Source: Desulfobacteraceae bacterium (GTDB taxonomy: Bacteria > Desulfobacterota > Desulfobacteria > Desulfobacterales > JAABSP01). Taken from it: 64,000 nt of DNA. Within the stretch, counting starts at the first letter, position 1, and every line of letters starts with the position of its first letter. Positions 17,352 through 26,728 of the stretch are shown piece after piece. The notes below the pieces were generated by a model. The model worked only from the letters and a program-made list of their open reading frames with translations, did no database searches and was not told the DNA's origin. The DNA lies in assembly GCA_011390135.1 (NCBI GenBank), contig JAABSZ010000003.1, positions 470 to 64,469 of the forward strand. The letters are read 5' to 3'. The position numbers were made by a program, and so were the translations under genes.

Positions 17352-17371
17352 GTCGGAAAAAGGAGAAAATC

Positions 17372-18151
17372 GTGAAAAAAGGAATGTTTTTCGGGCTTCT
17401 GGCAGCAGTTCTGGTTCTTCTTTCCACAGGCGCGGCAAATGCTCACTTCGGGATGCTCATCCCGTCCGACTCCATGGTGATGCCGGAGGAGGAGCGGGCC
17501 GTTCATCTGATCCTCGCGTTCACCCACCCCTTTGAGGGGATCGGCATGGAGATGGAAAAGCCGAAAGCCTTCGGAGCCTATCTGGATGGAGAGAAGACGG
17601 ATCTCACGGATCGGCTCAAAAAGACCAAAGTGATGGACAATACCGCATGGGAGGCCGACTATCCACTCAACCGGCCCGGGGTCCACACCCTTTATATGGA
17701 GCCCGCGCCCTACTGGGAGCCGGCCGAAGACAGCTTCATCATCCACTACACCAAAACCGCAGTGGCCGCATTCGGCGATGAGGAAGGATGGGACGCTGAA
17801 ATCGGATTGAAGACCGAGATCGTCCCCCTGGCCCGGCCATTTGGCCTCTATGCCGGGAACCTCTTCCAGGGGATTGTAAAGCTCGACGGAAAGCCTGTCC
17901 CCTTTGCCGAGGTGGAGGTGGAGTATTACAATCAGGACGGAAAAACGATCCCCGAGACCGACTACATGATCACCCAGATCGTCAAGGCCGACGGAAACGG
18001 CCTCTTCTCCTACGCTCCTCCTGCGCCGGGATGGTGGGGATTTGCCGCGCTGAACAGCGCAGATTATACCCTCCCCCAGAACGGCCAGGAGAAGGCCGTG
18101 GAACTGGGCGCGGTGATCTGGGTCCGGTTTACGGAATGGAAGACAAAATAG
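17372..18151 (+). CDS. DUF4198-family periplasmic protein (Ni/Co uptake accessory component)
   Basis: Signal peptide then HFGMLIPSD, typical of DUF4198. GTG 17372 preceded by AAGGAGA. First gene of the cbiM-Q-O cluster. Confidence 0.7.
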   Translation: MKKGMFFGLLAAVLVLLSTGAANAHFGMLIPSDSMVMPEEERAVHLILAFTHPFEGIGMEMEKPKAFGAYLDGEKTDLTDRLKKTKVMDNTAWEADYPLNRPGVHTLYMEPAPYWEPAEDSFIIHYTKTAVAAFGDEEGWDAEIGLKTEIVPLARPFGLYAGNLFQGIVKLDGKPVPFAEVEVEYYNQDGKTIPETDYMITQIVKADGNGLFSYAPPAPGWWGFAALNSADYTLPQNGQEKAVELGAVIWVRFTEWKTK

Positions 18152-18175
18152 CAGAAACAGGATAAGGAACCCCGA

Positions 18176-18781
18176 ATGCATATCGCAGAAGGCGTACTCT
18201 CGGGCCCCGTCATCGCGGCCGGCATGGCCGTTGCCGGGGCCGGCACAGCCATCGGGCTGAAACAACTCGATTTCGACCGGATCGCCCAGACCGGCATCCT
18301 GTCGGCCTCCTTTTTCGTGGCCTCCCTGGTCCATGTGCCGGTCGGCCCCTCCAGCGTCCACCTCATCCTCAACGGGATCGTGGGGCTGATGCTCGGCTGG
18401 GCCGCATTCCCCGCGATCCTGGTGGCGCTTGTACTCCAGGGAATTCTCTTTGGATTCGGCGGCATCACCACACTGGGGGTCAACACCGTGATCATGGCAG
18501 GACCTGCGGTGATCTGCCATTATCTCTTCGGCTTCATGATTCCCAAAAAGCCCCCGATCTCCCTTACGGCAGCGTTCGGCTGCGGCGCGCTGTCGGTCTT
18601 TTTTGCGGCCATCTTTGTGGGGCTTGCCCTGGTCTTCACCCAGGAGAGCTTTATAGAGGTCTCCGGCGCTGTGGTCGCGGCCAATCTGCCGGTGATGATC
18701 ATCGAGGGAATTATCACCGCCTTCTGCGTGGCATTTTTAAAAAAGGTGCAGCCTTCGCTGCTGCCCGGTTATCCCGGATAA
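18176..18781 (+). CDS. cbiM: ECF transporter substrate-specific component CbiM/NikM
   Basis: N-terminus MHIAEGVLS, characteristic of CbiM/NikM. Multi-TM. Confidence 0.85.
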   Translation: MHIAEGVLSGPVIAAGMAVAGAGTAIGLKQLDFDRIAQTGILSASFFVASLVHVPVGPSSVHLILNGIVGLMLGWAAFPAILVALVLQGILFGFGGITTLGVNTVIMAGPAVICHYLFGFMIPKKPPISLTAAFGCGALSVFFAAIFVGLALVFTQESFIEVSGAVVAANLPVMIIEGIITAFCVAFLKKVQPSLLPGYPG

Positions 18782-18851
18782 TTCGAACAGGTAATTCGAC
18801 CGGATAATTCGACCGGATGATTCAATCTGTTTTTACCGATGGGGAAAAAGA

Positions 18852-19610
18852 ATGCAGATTATACCAAATCCTATTTGCCATCGGGCCGCGGCACGGTTTC
18901 TGATCATCATCGCGGTCCTGCTGACCCCTCTTCCGGCCAATGCCCACCGCATCACGGTCTTTGCATGGGTGGAGGGCAGCACCGCGCATGTGGAGAGCAA
19001 GTTCAGCGCGGGGAAAGGGGTCAACGAGGGAAAAGTGGCGGTGACGGCCCCGGACGGAACAATTCTGGTCACGGGAAAGACCGATGAAAGCGGAGCCTTC
19101 TCCTTTGAGATCCCCCGGCGAACGGAATTGACCGTCACGGTCTCCGCGGGATTGGGACATCAGGGAGAATGGACCATCCGGCCCGAAGAGATATCCGAAA
19201 CCGACGGGACCGCAGATCCAACTGCGATTATTGAAACATCAGAACCCCTTCTGCCCGCGACTTCAGCATCGGAAGAAATCCCAATGCCGGAACCCGGGCC
19301 GGCCCCGGGCCTCAGCCGAACCGAGATCCGGCAGATCATCGAGGCGGCCATGGAAAGAGAATGGGAGAGACGCCTGGAGGGGAAGCTCGATGAGAAGCTT
19401 GCACCGCTGATGCGGTTTGTGGCGCAGCAGGAGATGAAAGGACCCACTGTTCAGGATATCTTTGCCGGCATCGGCTATATTTTCGGCCTGGTGGGGGTTG
19501 CGGCCTATGTGGCCTCCCGGCGGAGAAAGCCGGCTCAGGAAGGGCCGGAAGGACCAAAAGGACCTAAAGGACATAAAGGACCTAAAGAAGAGGAGGAGCC
19601 CGGCGCATGA
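18852..19610 (+). CDS. membrane-anchored periplasmic accessory protein of the Ni/Co cluster (NikL/NikK-like role inferred)
   Basis: N-terminal TM, Ig/CarboxypepD_reg-like segment (HRITVFAWVEG...VAVTAPDGTILVTGKTDESGAFSFEIP) and C-terminal TM. The tail GPEGPKGPKGHKGPKEEEE is encoded by the 9-bp repeat. ATGA overlap with cbiQ. Confidence 0.6.
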   Translation: MQIIPNPICHRAAARFLIIIAVLLTPLPANAHRITVFAWVEGSTAHVESKFSAGKGVNEGKVAVTAPDGTILVTGKTDESGAFSFEIPRRTELTVTVSAGLGHQGEWTIRPEEISETDGTADPTAIIETSEPLLPATSASEEIPMPEPGPAPGLSRTEIRQIIEAAMEREWERRLEGKLDEKLAPLMRFVAQQEMKGPTVQDIFAGIGYIFGLVGVAAYVASRRRKPAQEGPEGPKGPKGHKGPKEEEEPGA

Positions 19611-20371
19611 TCGACGAACCCTTTGCCGCGGGTAACTCCCCCATCCATCGGGAAGACCCCCGCTCCCGGGTGATTCTTGCCACCCTTTTCTCCTTTGTGG
19701 TGGCGCTCTCCCAGGCATTTGCCACTCTGGGAGCGGCTTTGATCTTCGCTCTGGTGCTGGTCATCGCGGCCCGACTCGATCCCAAGAAGCTGATCAAAAG
19801 ACTGCTTCCGCTCTGGCTCTTTCTGGTCCTGCTCTGGCTGGTGCTGCCCCTGACCACGACCGGAACTCCGCTCTTCAGGATCGGGCCGCTGGCCGGGACC
19901 CGGGAGGGGATCATTCTCTGCGCGCAGATCACCCTCAAGTCCAATGCGATCCTGCTGGCCTTCACCGCATGGGTGGCCACCATGAATTTCGCCACATTGG
20001 GCCAGACCCTGGACAGGCTCAAGGTTCCGGAGAAGATCGTCTATCTGCTCCTGCTCACCTACCGATATATATTTGTGATCGAGGCCGAGTATGGGCGCCT
20101 CTTGCGCGCGGCAAAGATCCGGGGGTTCAAGCCCGGCACGAACCTGCACACCTACAAGACCTATGCCTATCTGCTGGGAATGCTCTTTGTGCAGGCCTCT
20201 GCCCGGGCACAACGGGTGCATCAGGCCATGCGCTGCCGGGGGTTTCAAGGAAAATTCTATTCTCTGTACCGATTCGAAGCCAGAACCGCAGACTGGATCG
20301 GCGCTGCGCTTCAACTTGCAATAATGGCCATCCTCATAGGAATCGAATGGAAGATCAACAGCCCATTGTAA
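19607..20371 (+). CDS. cbiQ: ECF transporter T component CbiQ
   Basis: Multi-TM CbiQ-like protein located between cbiM and the ATPase gene. Confidence 0.85.
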   Translation: MIDEPFAAGNSPIHREDPRSRVILATLFSFVVALSQAFATLGAALIFALVLVIAARLDPKKLIKRLLPLWLFLVLLWLVLPLTTTGTPLFRIGPLAGTREGIILCAQITLKSNAILLAFTAWVATMNFATLGQTLDRLKVPEKIVYLLLLTYRYIFVIEAEYGRLLRAAKIRGFKPGTNLHTYKTYAYLLGMLFVQASARAQRVHQAMRCRGFQGKFYSLYRFEARTADWIGAALQLAIMAILIGIEWKINSPL

Positions 20372-21075
20372 AACTCGATAATATTGCCTTTGGCTATCCC
20401 GGGGGCACACCCATTTTAAAAGAGCTGAGTCTTTCGGTCTATCCCAAAGAACGGATCGGCCTTCTGGGCCCCAACGGATCGGGCAAGACCACGCTCTTTT
20501 TCATCATCATGGGCCTGCTGCGCCCCACGGCCGGAACCGTTGAGGTCTTTGGCAGCCGCCTCTGGGAGGAGAAGGATTTCTCCGACATCTACCGAAAGAT
20601 CGGCCTGCTCTTCCAGGATGCGGATGACCAGCTCTTCTGCCCCACCGTCTTGGAGGATGTGGCCTTTGGCCCTCTCAACATGGGCAAGAGCCGGAAAGAG
20701 GCCATCGAGATCGCGCGAAGCACCCTGGCCGATCTGGGGCTGGAGGGATTCGAAGACCGGATCACGCACCGGCTCTCGGGCGGAGAGAAGCGATTTGTAT
20801 CTCTGGCCACGGTTCTTGCCATGGAGCCGGAGATGCTTCTTTTAGACGAGCCCACAACCGGCCTGGACGCACGAACCCGGGAAAGACTCATGGATCGGCT
20901 GGCTCAGTTGAACATCGCCTATCTTCTCATCTCCCACGAGATGGATTTTCTGGCCGACACCACCGACAAAGTCCATGCAATGGAGGGGGGAAAGATCCTG
21001 ACCGACACAACAGTCAAGCTCCACCAGCATGTTCATGCCCATATCCACGGCTCCCATCCCCATGAGCACAAATAG
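20347..21075 (+). CDS. cbiO: ECF transporter ATPase CbiO
   Basis: Walker A GPNGSGKTT, signature LSGGEKR, Walker B LLLDEP. Internal ATG 20347 chosen within the longer track ORF 19969..21075. Confidence 0.9.
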   Translation: MEDQQPIVKLDNIAFGYPGGTPILKELSLSVYPKERIGLLGPNGSGKTTLFFIIMGLLRPTAGTVEVFGSRLWEEKDFSDIYRKIGLLFQDADDQLFCPTVLEDVAFGPLNMGKSRKEAIEIARSTLADLGLEGFEDRITHRLSGGEKRFVSLATVLAMEPEMLLLDEPTTGLDARTRERLMDRLAQLNIAYLLISHEMDFLADTTDKVHAMEGGKILTDTTVKLHQHVHAHIHGSHPHEHK

Positions 21076-21078
21076 ATC

Positions 21079-21885
21079 ATGCGACGCTTCTTTATTTCCC
21101 CGGAGAAGTTCCCCTCCCCTGCGGAGAGCACAGAAGAAAAGCAGCTTCTGGAAATCATCGGGCAGGAGGCCAACCATCTCAAAAATGTCCTCCGATTGGG
21201 CCCCGGGGAGCGGGTTCTCCTCTTTGACGGCACAGGATGGGAAATCAGGGCGGAAATTCTAAAGATCGAAGGCAGCGGTGTAACCGTACAATGCCTTTCA
21301 ACCGGATATCAAACCGGAGAATCCCCCATCGAGCTGGCCGTAGCCCAGGGCTTTTTAAAAGAGAAGAAGATGGAGGAGTTGATCCGCCCCCTGACCGAAT
21401 TGGGCATGAGCCGATGGATGCCCTTTTTTTCGAGTAGAACGATTCCGAAACTCGATCCAAAAAAGGTCGATGCCCGCCGGCAGCGATGGGAGAAGATCGC
21501 GCGGGAGTCCCTGAAGCAGTGCCGCAGGAGCCGCATTCCGAACATGGACCCGCCGATCCCCTTTGAAGCGCTTCTGGAAAAGGCGAAAGACTACCAAACC
21601 CGCATCCTCTTCTGGGAGGCTCTGCCCGAGGACGACCCGTCTGCAGATTTATTGGATCTAAAGGAGAAGAATCCGAAAAAAGGCTTTTTGATCCTTCTGG
21701 GCCCCGAAGGCGGCTTCAGCGCGGAAGAGGCGGCAATGGCCGAGGCATCCGGATTTCTGCGGGTCTATCTGGGCCCCCGGATATTGCGGGCGCAGACCGC
21801 AGCCATCACCGCGGCCGCCCTGATCCAATATATTTTTGGGGACCTGCGGCAAAAAAATCTTGACAATGAACCGCAGAAGGGGTAA
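21079..21885 (+). CDS. rsmE: 16S rRNA (uracil1498-N3)-methyltransferase RsmE
   Basis: N-terminal MRRFFI and C-terminal LGPEGGFSAEE...LGPRILRAQTA motifs typical of RsmE. Confidence 0.85.
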   Translation: MRRFFISPEKFPSPAESTEEKQLLEIIGQEANHLKNVLRLGPGERVLLFDGTGWEIRAEILKIEGSGVTVQCLSTGYQTGESPIELAVAQGFLKEKKMEELIRPLTELGMSRWMPFFSSRTIPKLDPKKVDARRQRWEKIARESLKQCRRSRIPNMDPPIPFEALLEKAKDYQTRILFWEALPEDDPSADLLDLKEKNPKKGFLILLGPEGGFSAEEAAMAEASGFLRVYLGPRILRAQTAAITAAALIQYIFGDLRQKNLDNEPQKG

Positions 21886-21903
21886 ATATTTATTCTTGTC
21901 TGC

Positions 21904-21976
21904 GCCGAGGTAGCTCAGTCGGTAGAGCAGGGGACTGAAAATCCCCGTGTCGGCAGTTCGATTCTGTCCCTCGGCA
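21904..21976 (+). tRNA. tRNA-Phe (GAA)
   Basis: Hand-folded cloverleaf: acceptor GCCGAGG/CCTCGGC, D-arm GCTC-AGTCGGTA-GAGC, anticodon stem GGGGA/TCCCC with loop CTGAAAA, T-loop TTCGATT. CCA is not encoded. Confidence 0.9.
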
Positions 21977-21989
21977 TCTTAAAAATCAA

Positions 21990-22024
21990 GGGTTTACGGA
22001 TACAGGCCGTAAGCCCTTTTTTTT
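21990..22024 (+). terminator. rho-independent terminator after tRNA-Phe
   Basis: GGGTTTACGG / CCGTAAGCCC stem followed by T8 (22017-22024). Confidence 0.7.
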
Positions 22025-22203
22025 GTATTCCTATATGGAAGAGGACTTCCGCTCCATCGGCTGTCGGCAAAATGGACGATACCTCTGTTTGAAAAAACTC
22101 TTCCATGAGGCGATTACGGTAAAATCGATCAGTGAATTCATAAAGATATCGAATGAAATAGTGGGTTGATATCCTTACTGTCGAATCATTTCTTATATTG
22201 CCT

Positions 22204-23217
22204 ATGATATCTCCGCATCGACTTTCGGATAGCACCGCAGCCAATACAATCTGCATCATCATCGTCAACTGGAACGGCAAGGATTTTCTCGGCAAATGCC
22301 TGGATGCCCTTTTCCGGCAGTCCTATGATGCCATAACGATTACGGTGGTGGATAACGGCTCCACTGACGGCTCGGCAGCCTTTCTTGCTGCGGAATACCC
22401 TGAGGTGAATCTTATTGCTCTGCCCGATAATCGGGGCTTTGCCCTCGGCAATAATATCGTGCTGAAAAATGTCGGGTCCGATTATGTGGCGCTGATCAAC
22501 AACGATGCTGTGGCTCACCCTCTGTGGCTCCGAAATCTTGTGGCAGCACTGGAAAAACATCCCGAGGCCGGTTTTGCCGCATCCAGGATGCTCTTCTATG
22601 ATCAGCCGGATGTCATCGATCGGGCCGGTGATGCCTATACGGTTGCCGGAACAGGTCTTCTGCGGGGGCGGGGAATGGCTTCAAAAGCCTATGGGAAGAC
22701 TGAATGGATGTTCGGCGCCTGCGCTGGGGCCGCGCTCTATCGAACAGATATGCTTGAGAAGATCGGCTTTTTTGATGAGGATTTTTTTCTCCTCTATGAG
22801 GATGTCGATTTGAGTTTCAGAGCCCAGCTTCAGGGATACAGATGTCTTTATGTTCCGGAGGCCGTTGTCTACCACAAGGGAAGCGCCAGCATTGTTTATG
22901 ATTCTCCGGTATCGGTCTATTACAGCCATCGAAACCTCGAATGGGTCTATCTGAAGAATATGCCCCTTGCACTGATTCCGGTCACATTTTTTCCCCATTT
23001 GGTGTATAATCTGGCAGCATTCTTCTATTTTGCCGTAAACGGAAGAGGCGCGGATTTCATCCGGGCCAAAATCGATGCGTTGAAAGAGATTCCAAAGATG
23101 CTCAAAAAGCGCAGAGATATCCAGCAAAAGAGACGGGTGAGCAGCAGATACATCTGGAGCATACTGGAAGGCGAACGATTCTTCCCCCGCGTCATCCGGC
23201 GACTCGGGAAATTTTGA
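22204..23217 (+). CDS. family 2 glycosyltransferase
   Basis: IIIVNWNGKDFL...VVDNGSTDGS and a DxD-like region, typical of GT2. Confidence 0.85.
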   Translation: MISPHRLSDSTAANTICIIIVNWNGKDFLGKCLDALFRQSYDAITITVVDNGSTDGSAAFLAAEYPEVNLIALPDNRGFALGNNIVLKNVGSDYVALINNDAVAHPLWLRNLVAALEKHPEAGFAASRMLFYDQPDVIDRAGDAYTVAGTGLLRGRGMASKAYGKTEWMFGACAGAALYRTDMLEKIGFFDEDFFLLYEDVDLSFRAQLQGYRCLYVPEAVVYHKGSASIVYDSPVSVYYSHRNLEWVYLKNMPLALIPVTFFPHLVYNLAAFFYFAVNGRGADFIRAKIDALKEIPKMLKKRRDIQQKRRVSSRYIWSILEGERFFPRVIRRLGKF

Positions 23218-23242
23218 TCGGAAAACTTTAAAAGGAAAAGCC

Positions 23243-24085
23243 ATGACCTGCAATGCCGACATTGTTTATTTTTCGCCTGCCGGAAGCACCCGGAAGGTCG
23301 CCCAATCCATTGAAAAAGAGCTTTCCGATCTGATGCTCGACGGAGTTCTCTGGGATCTTTCAGCAGATGATGATCTTTCCCAGCTATTCTCCCGGGCCGG
23401 GAAGTGCGGCTCTGATTACTGCCTATTCGTGGGTTCGCCCGTCTATGTCTCCCATCCCGCGCCGGCGGTGACCGATTTCCTGCAGCGTATGCCCAGGAGT
23501 TTGGGGGCCGCAGCGGTTCCCTTTGTCACCTGGGGCGGCGTCACCAGCGGGGTGGCGCTCTATGACATGGGCAAGATGCTGCAGGAGAAAGGCTTTCGGC
23601 TAGCAGCCGCGGCCAAGATCCTTGCGCTGCATTCCATGATGCGAGATGCAAAATCGCGGCTGGGGGAAGGCCATCCCGATGGAGAAGACGAGAAGATGAT
23701 CCGGAATCTGGTGGAGGCGGTCAATACGCGGATCAAAAATGAGAAAGATGCCTCCCTCTCTCTGGAGGATCTGGCCTATCAGCCCGATGAGATTCATGCA
23801 CAGGCGCAGCAGATGAATCTTTCAGTTGCAAAGGCGCATATGCCGGTTCGGAAGGTGGATGGGGATCGCTGCACTGAATGCGGGATCTGTAAAGAGGTCT
23901 GCCCGGTGGATGCCCTGACCCTTTCCCCCTTTCCCGAATTCCGGGAGAACTGCATCTTCTGCTTCAACTGTGTGATGGATTGTCCGGAAGATGCCATTGT
24001 CGCGGATCTATCACAGTTGCACCAGCGGCTTCGAAAGCGGGCCGAACAGATTTCAGAGCGGCTGCCCAGCCGGATTTTTCTTTAG
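23243..24085 (+). CDS. flavodoxin-like domain fused to a 2x[4Fe-4S] ferredoxin domain
   Basis: C-terminal CTECGICKEVCP and CIFCFNCVMDCP cluster motifs. The N-terminal flavodoxin-like fold is inferred. Confidence 0.7.
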   Translation: MTCNADIVYFSPAGSTRKVAQSIEKELSDLMLDGVLWDLSADDDLSQLFSRAGKCGSDYCLFVGSPVYVSHPAPAVTDFLQRMPRSLGAAAVPFVTWGGVTSGVALYDMGKMLQEKGFRLAAAAKILALHSMMRDAKSRLGEGHPDGEDEKMIRNLVEAVNTRIKNEKDASLSLEDLAYQPDEIHAQAQQMNLSVAKAHMPVRKVDGDRCTECGICKEVCPVDALTLSPFPEFRENCIFCFNCVMDCPEDAIVADLSQLHQRLRKRAEQISERLPSRIFL

Positions 24086-24144
24086 GAAATCTTTTTTATC
24101 CCGACTGTAAAGACGATCCATTCACTGCCGTTGACCCCGTGGAT

Positions 24145-24555
24145 CTAAAGCTTATATTGCCAATCCGGCATCGGCCCCTGTAAGAGCCGTTTACGTCGTT
24201 GCCCGCAATGGATGCAGTTGCATCCCCGCGTCAGGGGATGCTCTCCCTTTTTTGCCGCCAGTGCAATGGCCGCATCGATCTGTTCGATGATCATCCGCCG
24301 GACATTCTTTTGGGCCGCGTCTCTCTCCTCGAGAGATTTCACAGGAAAAACCTTCCGGTTTTCCTGCGGCTTGAGATCATCTGAAGGATTTGGAACAGTT
24401 TCTGATCCATTTTCAATTCCCTGGCTCGATGGGCCGCGGGGGGAGGACCATAAAAAAAGGGGTGTATCGGGCGCGGAATCCTTTGCCTTCTTCGGCAGGT
24501 TCCCGATGATCCGGTCCTGCGAGTGCCGCAGAACCCGATATCGCCCTCTCTTCAC
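24145..24555 (-). CDS. hypothetical protein
   Basis: 136-aa ORF downstream of and co-oriented with the helicase. The only motif is CNCIHCG. The coding status is uncertain. Confidence 0.3.
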   Translation of the reverse strand: MKRGRYRVLRHSQDRIIGNLPKKAKDSAPDTPLFLWSSPRGPSSQGIENGSETVPNPSDDLKPQENRKVFPVKSLEERDAAQKNVRRMIIEQIDAAIALAAKKGEHPLTRGCNCIHCGQRRKRLLQGPMPDWQYKL

Positions 24556-24661
24556 CCCTTTGCATCGTTTTTTTTGCTATCCACTGAAGATGTCTTTATT
24601 CGTTCTTTCGATCTCCAGATTATACTACACCTTCATTGCAGAAAGCGTCAATTTTTGATGG

Positions 24662-25987
24662 CTAATATTTCGGTTTTCTCCGGCCGCCGACGCTTTTCGA
24701 CTTTTTCTGCGGAGAGAGCCAGGCAAATCCGCCTTTGTTGGAGCGAGCCCCGGATTTGGGTTTGGCCTTGGGCGCCGCGTTCCTGTCCCCATAGGAGTGG
24801 GGGCGGTAGGATGAGGGCGCATCGAATCTTTTGTCCGCGGATGCTTTGGGTCTCTCATTGTAATTGAAATCTTCCAGAACCCGCTGCTCCACCTTGCTCC
24901 CGATGGCTTTGTTGATGGCGATCACCATCCGCCGATCATCGTTGGTGATCAGGGTATAGGCCTCTCCGCTCTTATCCGCGCGTCCGGTTCGGCCTACCCG
25001 ATGGATATAGGCTTCCGGGGTGGAGGGGATATCATAATTGATGACATGGGAGATGTTGGAGACATCTATGCCCCGGGCCGCGATGTCCGTGGCCACCAGA
25101 ATCCGGGTCTGGCCCGAGCGGAAGCTGTTCAATGCGGCCTGGCGCTTTCCCTGTGAAAGATTGCCCTGCAGCGAGGTCGAGCTGTAGCCGGCCCGGGTCA
25201 GCTTCTCCCCAAGGCTTTTGGCGCGGTATTTGGTGCGGGTGAAGACCAGCACGGAACCGGTGTCGGCATCTCTCAGCAGTTTGATCAGCAGCGCCGTCTT
25301 CAGGTGCTGGGCCACCGGATAGAGCGCATGGCTGACGGTCTCCGCAGGCGCGGTGAGTCCGATCTGAACCGTTAACGGGTCATGCAGGATCTCGTTGGCC
25401 AGAGAACGGATATCCCCAGGCATGGTGGCCGAAAAGAGCAGGGTCTGCCGTTTCTCTTTATTGGGGACATGGGAGATAATCCGTCGGATATCCGGCAGAA
25501 ATCCCATATCGAACATCTGATCGGCCTCATCCAGCACCAGAACTTCCAGTCCGGAAAGGTCCAGGGTCCGCCGGTTGATATGATCCAGCAGACGGCCGGG
25601 ACAGCCCACCACGATATCGGCTCGTTTGAGGGCCTGGATCTGGGGATTGATTCCAACGCCGCCGTAGACCGAGACACTGCGCAGATGGGTCTTTCTGCCC
25701 AGGGTTCTGAAGGCGTCATGAATCTGCTCGGCCAGTTCCCGGGTGGGTGCGATGACCAGTGCCCGGATCTGTCCCCGAGGGCCGTTGATGAGCCGGTTGA
25801 GAATGGGAAGTGCAAAGACAGCGGTCTTGCCGGTTCCGGTCTGGGCCAGCCCCATGACATCGCTGCCCTTCATGACTTCGGGAATGGCCTGGGCCTGAAT
25901 GGGCGTAGGGGTGACGAAACCCGCATTTTTTGCGCCTTCGGCAACTGCGGGGTGAAACGAAAAACTTTTAAAATCCATATAAATCAA
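24662..25987 (-). CDS. DEAD-box ATP-dependent RNA helicase (RhlE-like)
   Basis: Q-motif region, AQTGTGKT, DEAD (VLDEAD), SAT, HRVGRTGR. Basic C-terminal tail. Confidence 0.9.
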   Translation of the reverse strand: MIYMDFKSFSFHPAVAEGAKNAGFVTPTPIQAQAIPEVMKGSDVMGLAQTGTGKTAVFALPILNRLINGPRGQIRALVIAPTRELAEQIHDAFRTLGRKTHLRSVSVYGGVGINPQIQALKRADIVVGCPGRLLDHINRRTLDLSGLEVLVLDEADQMFDMGFLPDIRRIISHVPNKEKRQTLLFSATMPGDIRSLANEILHDPLTVQIGLTAPAETVSHALYPVAQHLKTALLIKLLRDADTGSVLVFTRTKYRAKSLGEKLTRAGYSSTSLQGNLSQGKRQAALNSFRSGQTRILVATDIAARGIDVSNISHVINYDIPSTPEAYIHRVGRTGRADKSGEAYTLITNDDRRMVIAINKAIGSKVEQRVLEDFNYNERPKASADKRFDAPSSYRPHSYGDRNAAPKAKPKSGARSNKGGFAWLSPQKKSKSVGGRRKPKY

Positions 25988-26012
25988 TAGTTCCTTAATA
26001 GAGATCGATAGA

Positions 26013-26192
26013 ATGATCCCGGATGGAGAGAGAGAATACGGCTATTCCCCGTTCCCATGTTCGATATGCGGGAACGCGCTTCCGTACGCATTGGATGACA
26101 TTGCCCACGGAACGCTTCCGGAACCTATCATCTCTTCTTTGATCGATCCTGCTTTGATGAAGCTTGGGGGAATATTGCGGCAGGAGTTTTAA
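26013..26192 (+). CDS. possible 59-aa small protein (below track threshold)
   Basis: ATG 26013 to TAA 26190-26192. Peptide MIPDGEREYGYSPFPCSICGNALPYALDDIAHGTLPEPIISSLIDPALMKLGGILRQEF. Followed directly by a strong hairpin and T-run. No good RBS. Confidence 0.3.
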   Translation: MIPDGEREYGYSPFPCSICGNALPYALDDIAHGTLPEPIISSLIDPALMKLGGILRQEF

Positions 26193-26193
26193 A

Positions 26194-26228
26194 GGGGGTA
26201 TCCGAACCTTATCGGCCGGAATACCCCC
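26194..26228. terminator. bidirectional terminator hairpin
   Basis: GGGGGTATCCG...CGGAATACCCCC stem. The plus strand is followed by TCTTTTTTTT, the minus strand by TTTAAAAC. Sits 30 nt past the csp stop. Confidence 0.6.
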
Positions 26229-26258
26229 TCTTTTTTTTAAAGCAGATAAACTAAAAGG

Positions 26259-26459
26259 TTATCCTACGGTGACGTTTACTGCGGCAAGGCCTTTTTGACC
26301 CTGCTCGATGTCAAATGTCACCCGGTCGCCTTCGTTCAGGCTTTTGAAACCGTTTGCATTGATCCCTGAATGGTGAACAAATACATCCGGCCCATCTTCT
26401 TGCTCGATGAAACCGAAACCCTTTTGGTCGTTGAACCATTTCACGATACCACTGGCCAT
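26259..26459 (-). CDS. cold-shock protein, CspA family
   Basis: 66 aa with RNP1/RNP2 motifs KGFGFI and VFVHHS. Confidence 0.95.
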   Translation of the reverse strand: MASGIVKWFNDQKGFGFIEQEDGPDVFVHHSGINANGFKSLNEGDRVTFDIEQGQKGLAAVNVTVG

Positions 26460-26607
26460 AAGTACATCCTCCTTTCTTCATTAATAATATTCAAAATTTT
26501 AACCTGGAGGATGTTTCATCGGGGTACCAAATGACTCCTACAATGATTCCTGCAGAGAAAAACCGCCTCTCGGATTCGCTGATCCCGAGGCCATGTTGAA
26601 TAGAACA

Positions 26608-26635
26608 ACTATAAACCGTTTTGAAAATAAATCAA
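26608..26635 (-). promoter_or_regulatory. sigma70-like promoter for csp, with a long 5' UTR
   Basis: On the minus strand: TTGATT (26635-26630), 16-nt spacer, TATAGT (26613-26608). This leaves a ~140-nt leader, as is common for cold-shock mRNAs. Confidence 0.4.
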
Positions 26636-26728
26636 GAGAAAAATTTGAAACTTTGAAAAAAAATTTTGGATGGCCGGGGCGTTCGAGTACCGTTTTGCGA
26701 TTTTAAAATCAAATACAGAGCGTTAGAT

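Noticed and set aside
17210-17371. Cobalamin riboswitch upstream of the cbi/nik cluster
   Set aside because: I found no B12 box (GCCACTG-like) and no recognisable conserved core. The leader is shorter than typical cobalamin riboswitches. I kept it only as an unassigned attenuator-like leader.
17264-18520. 418-aa minus-strand ORF
   Set aside because: It is antisense to the DUF4198 and cbiM genes and has a low-complexity, Gly/Asp/His-rich product.
19549-19588. GPKGPKGHKGPK tail as a collagen-like domain
   Set aside because: There are only about four Gly-X-Y-like triplets. The DNA is the dispersed 9-bp repeat that is also found in non-coding regions, so repeat capture is the simpler explanation.
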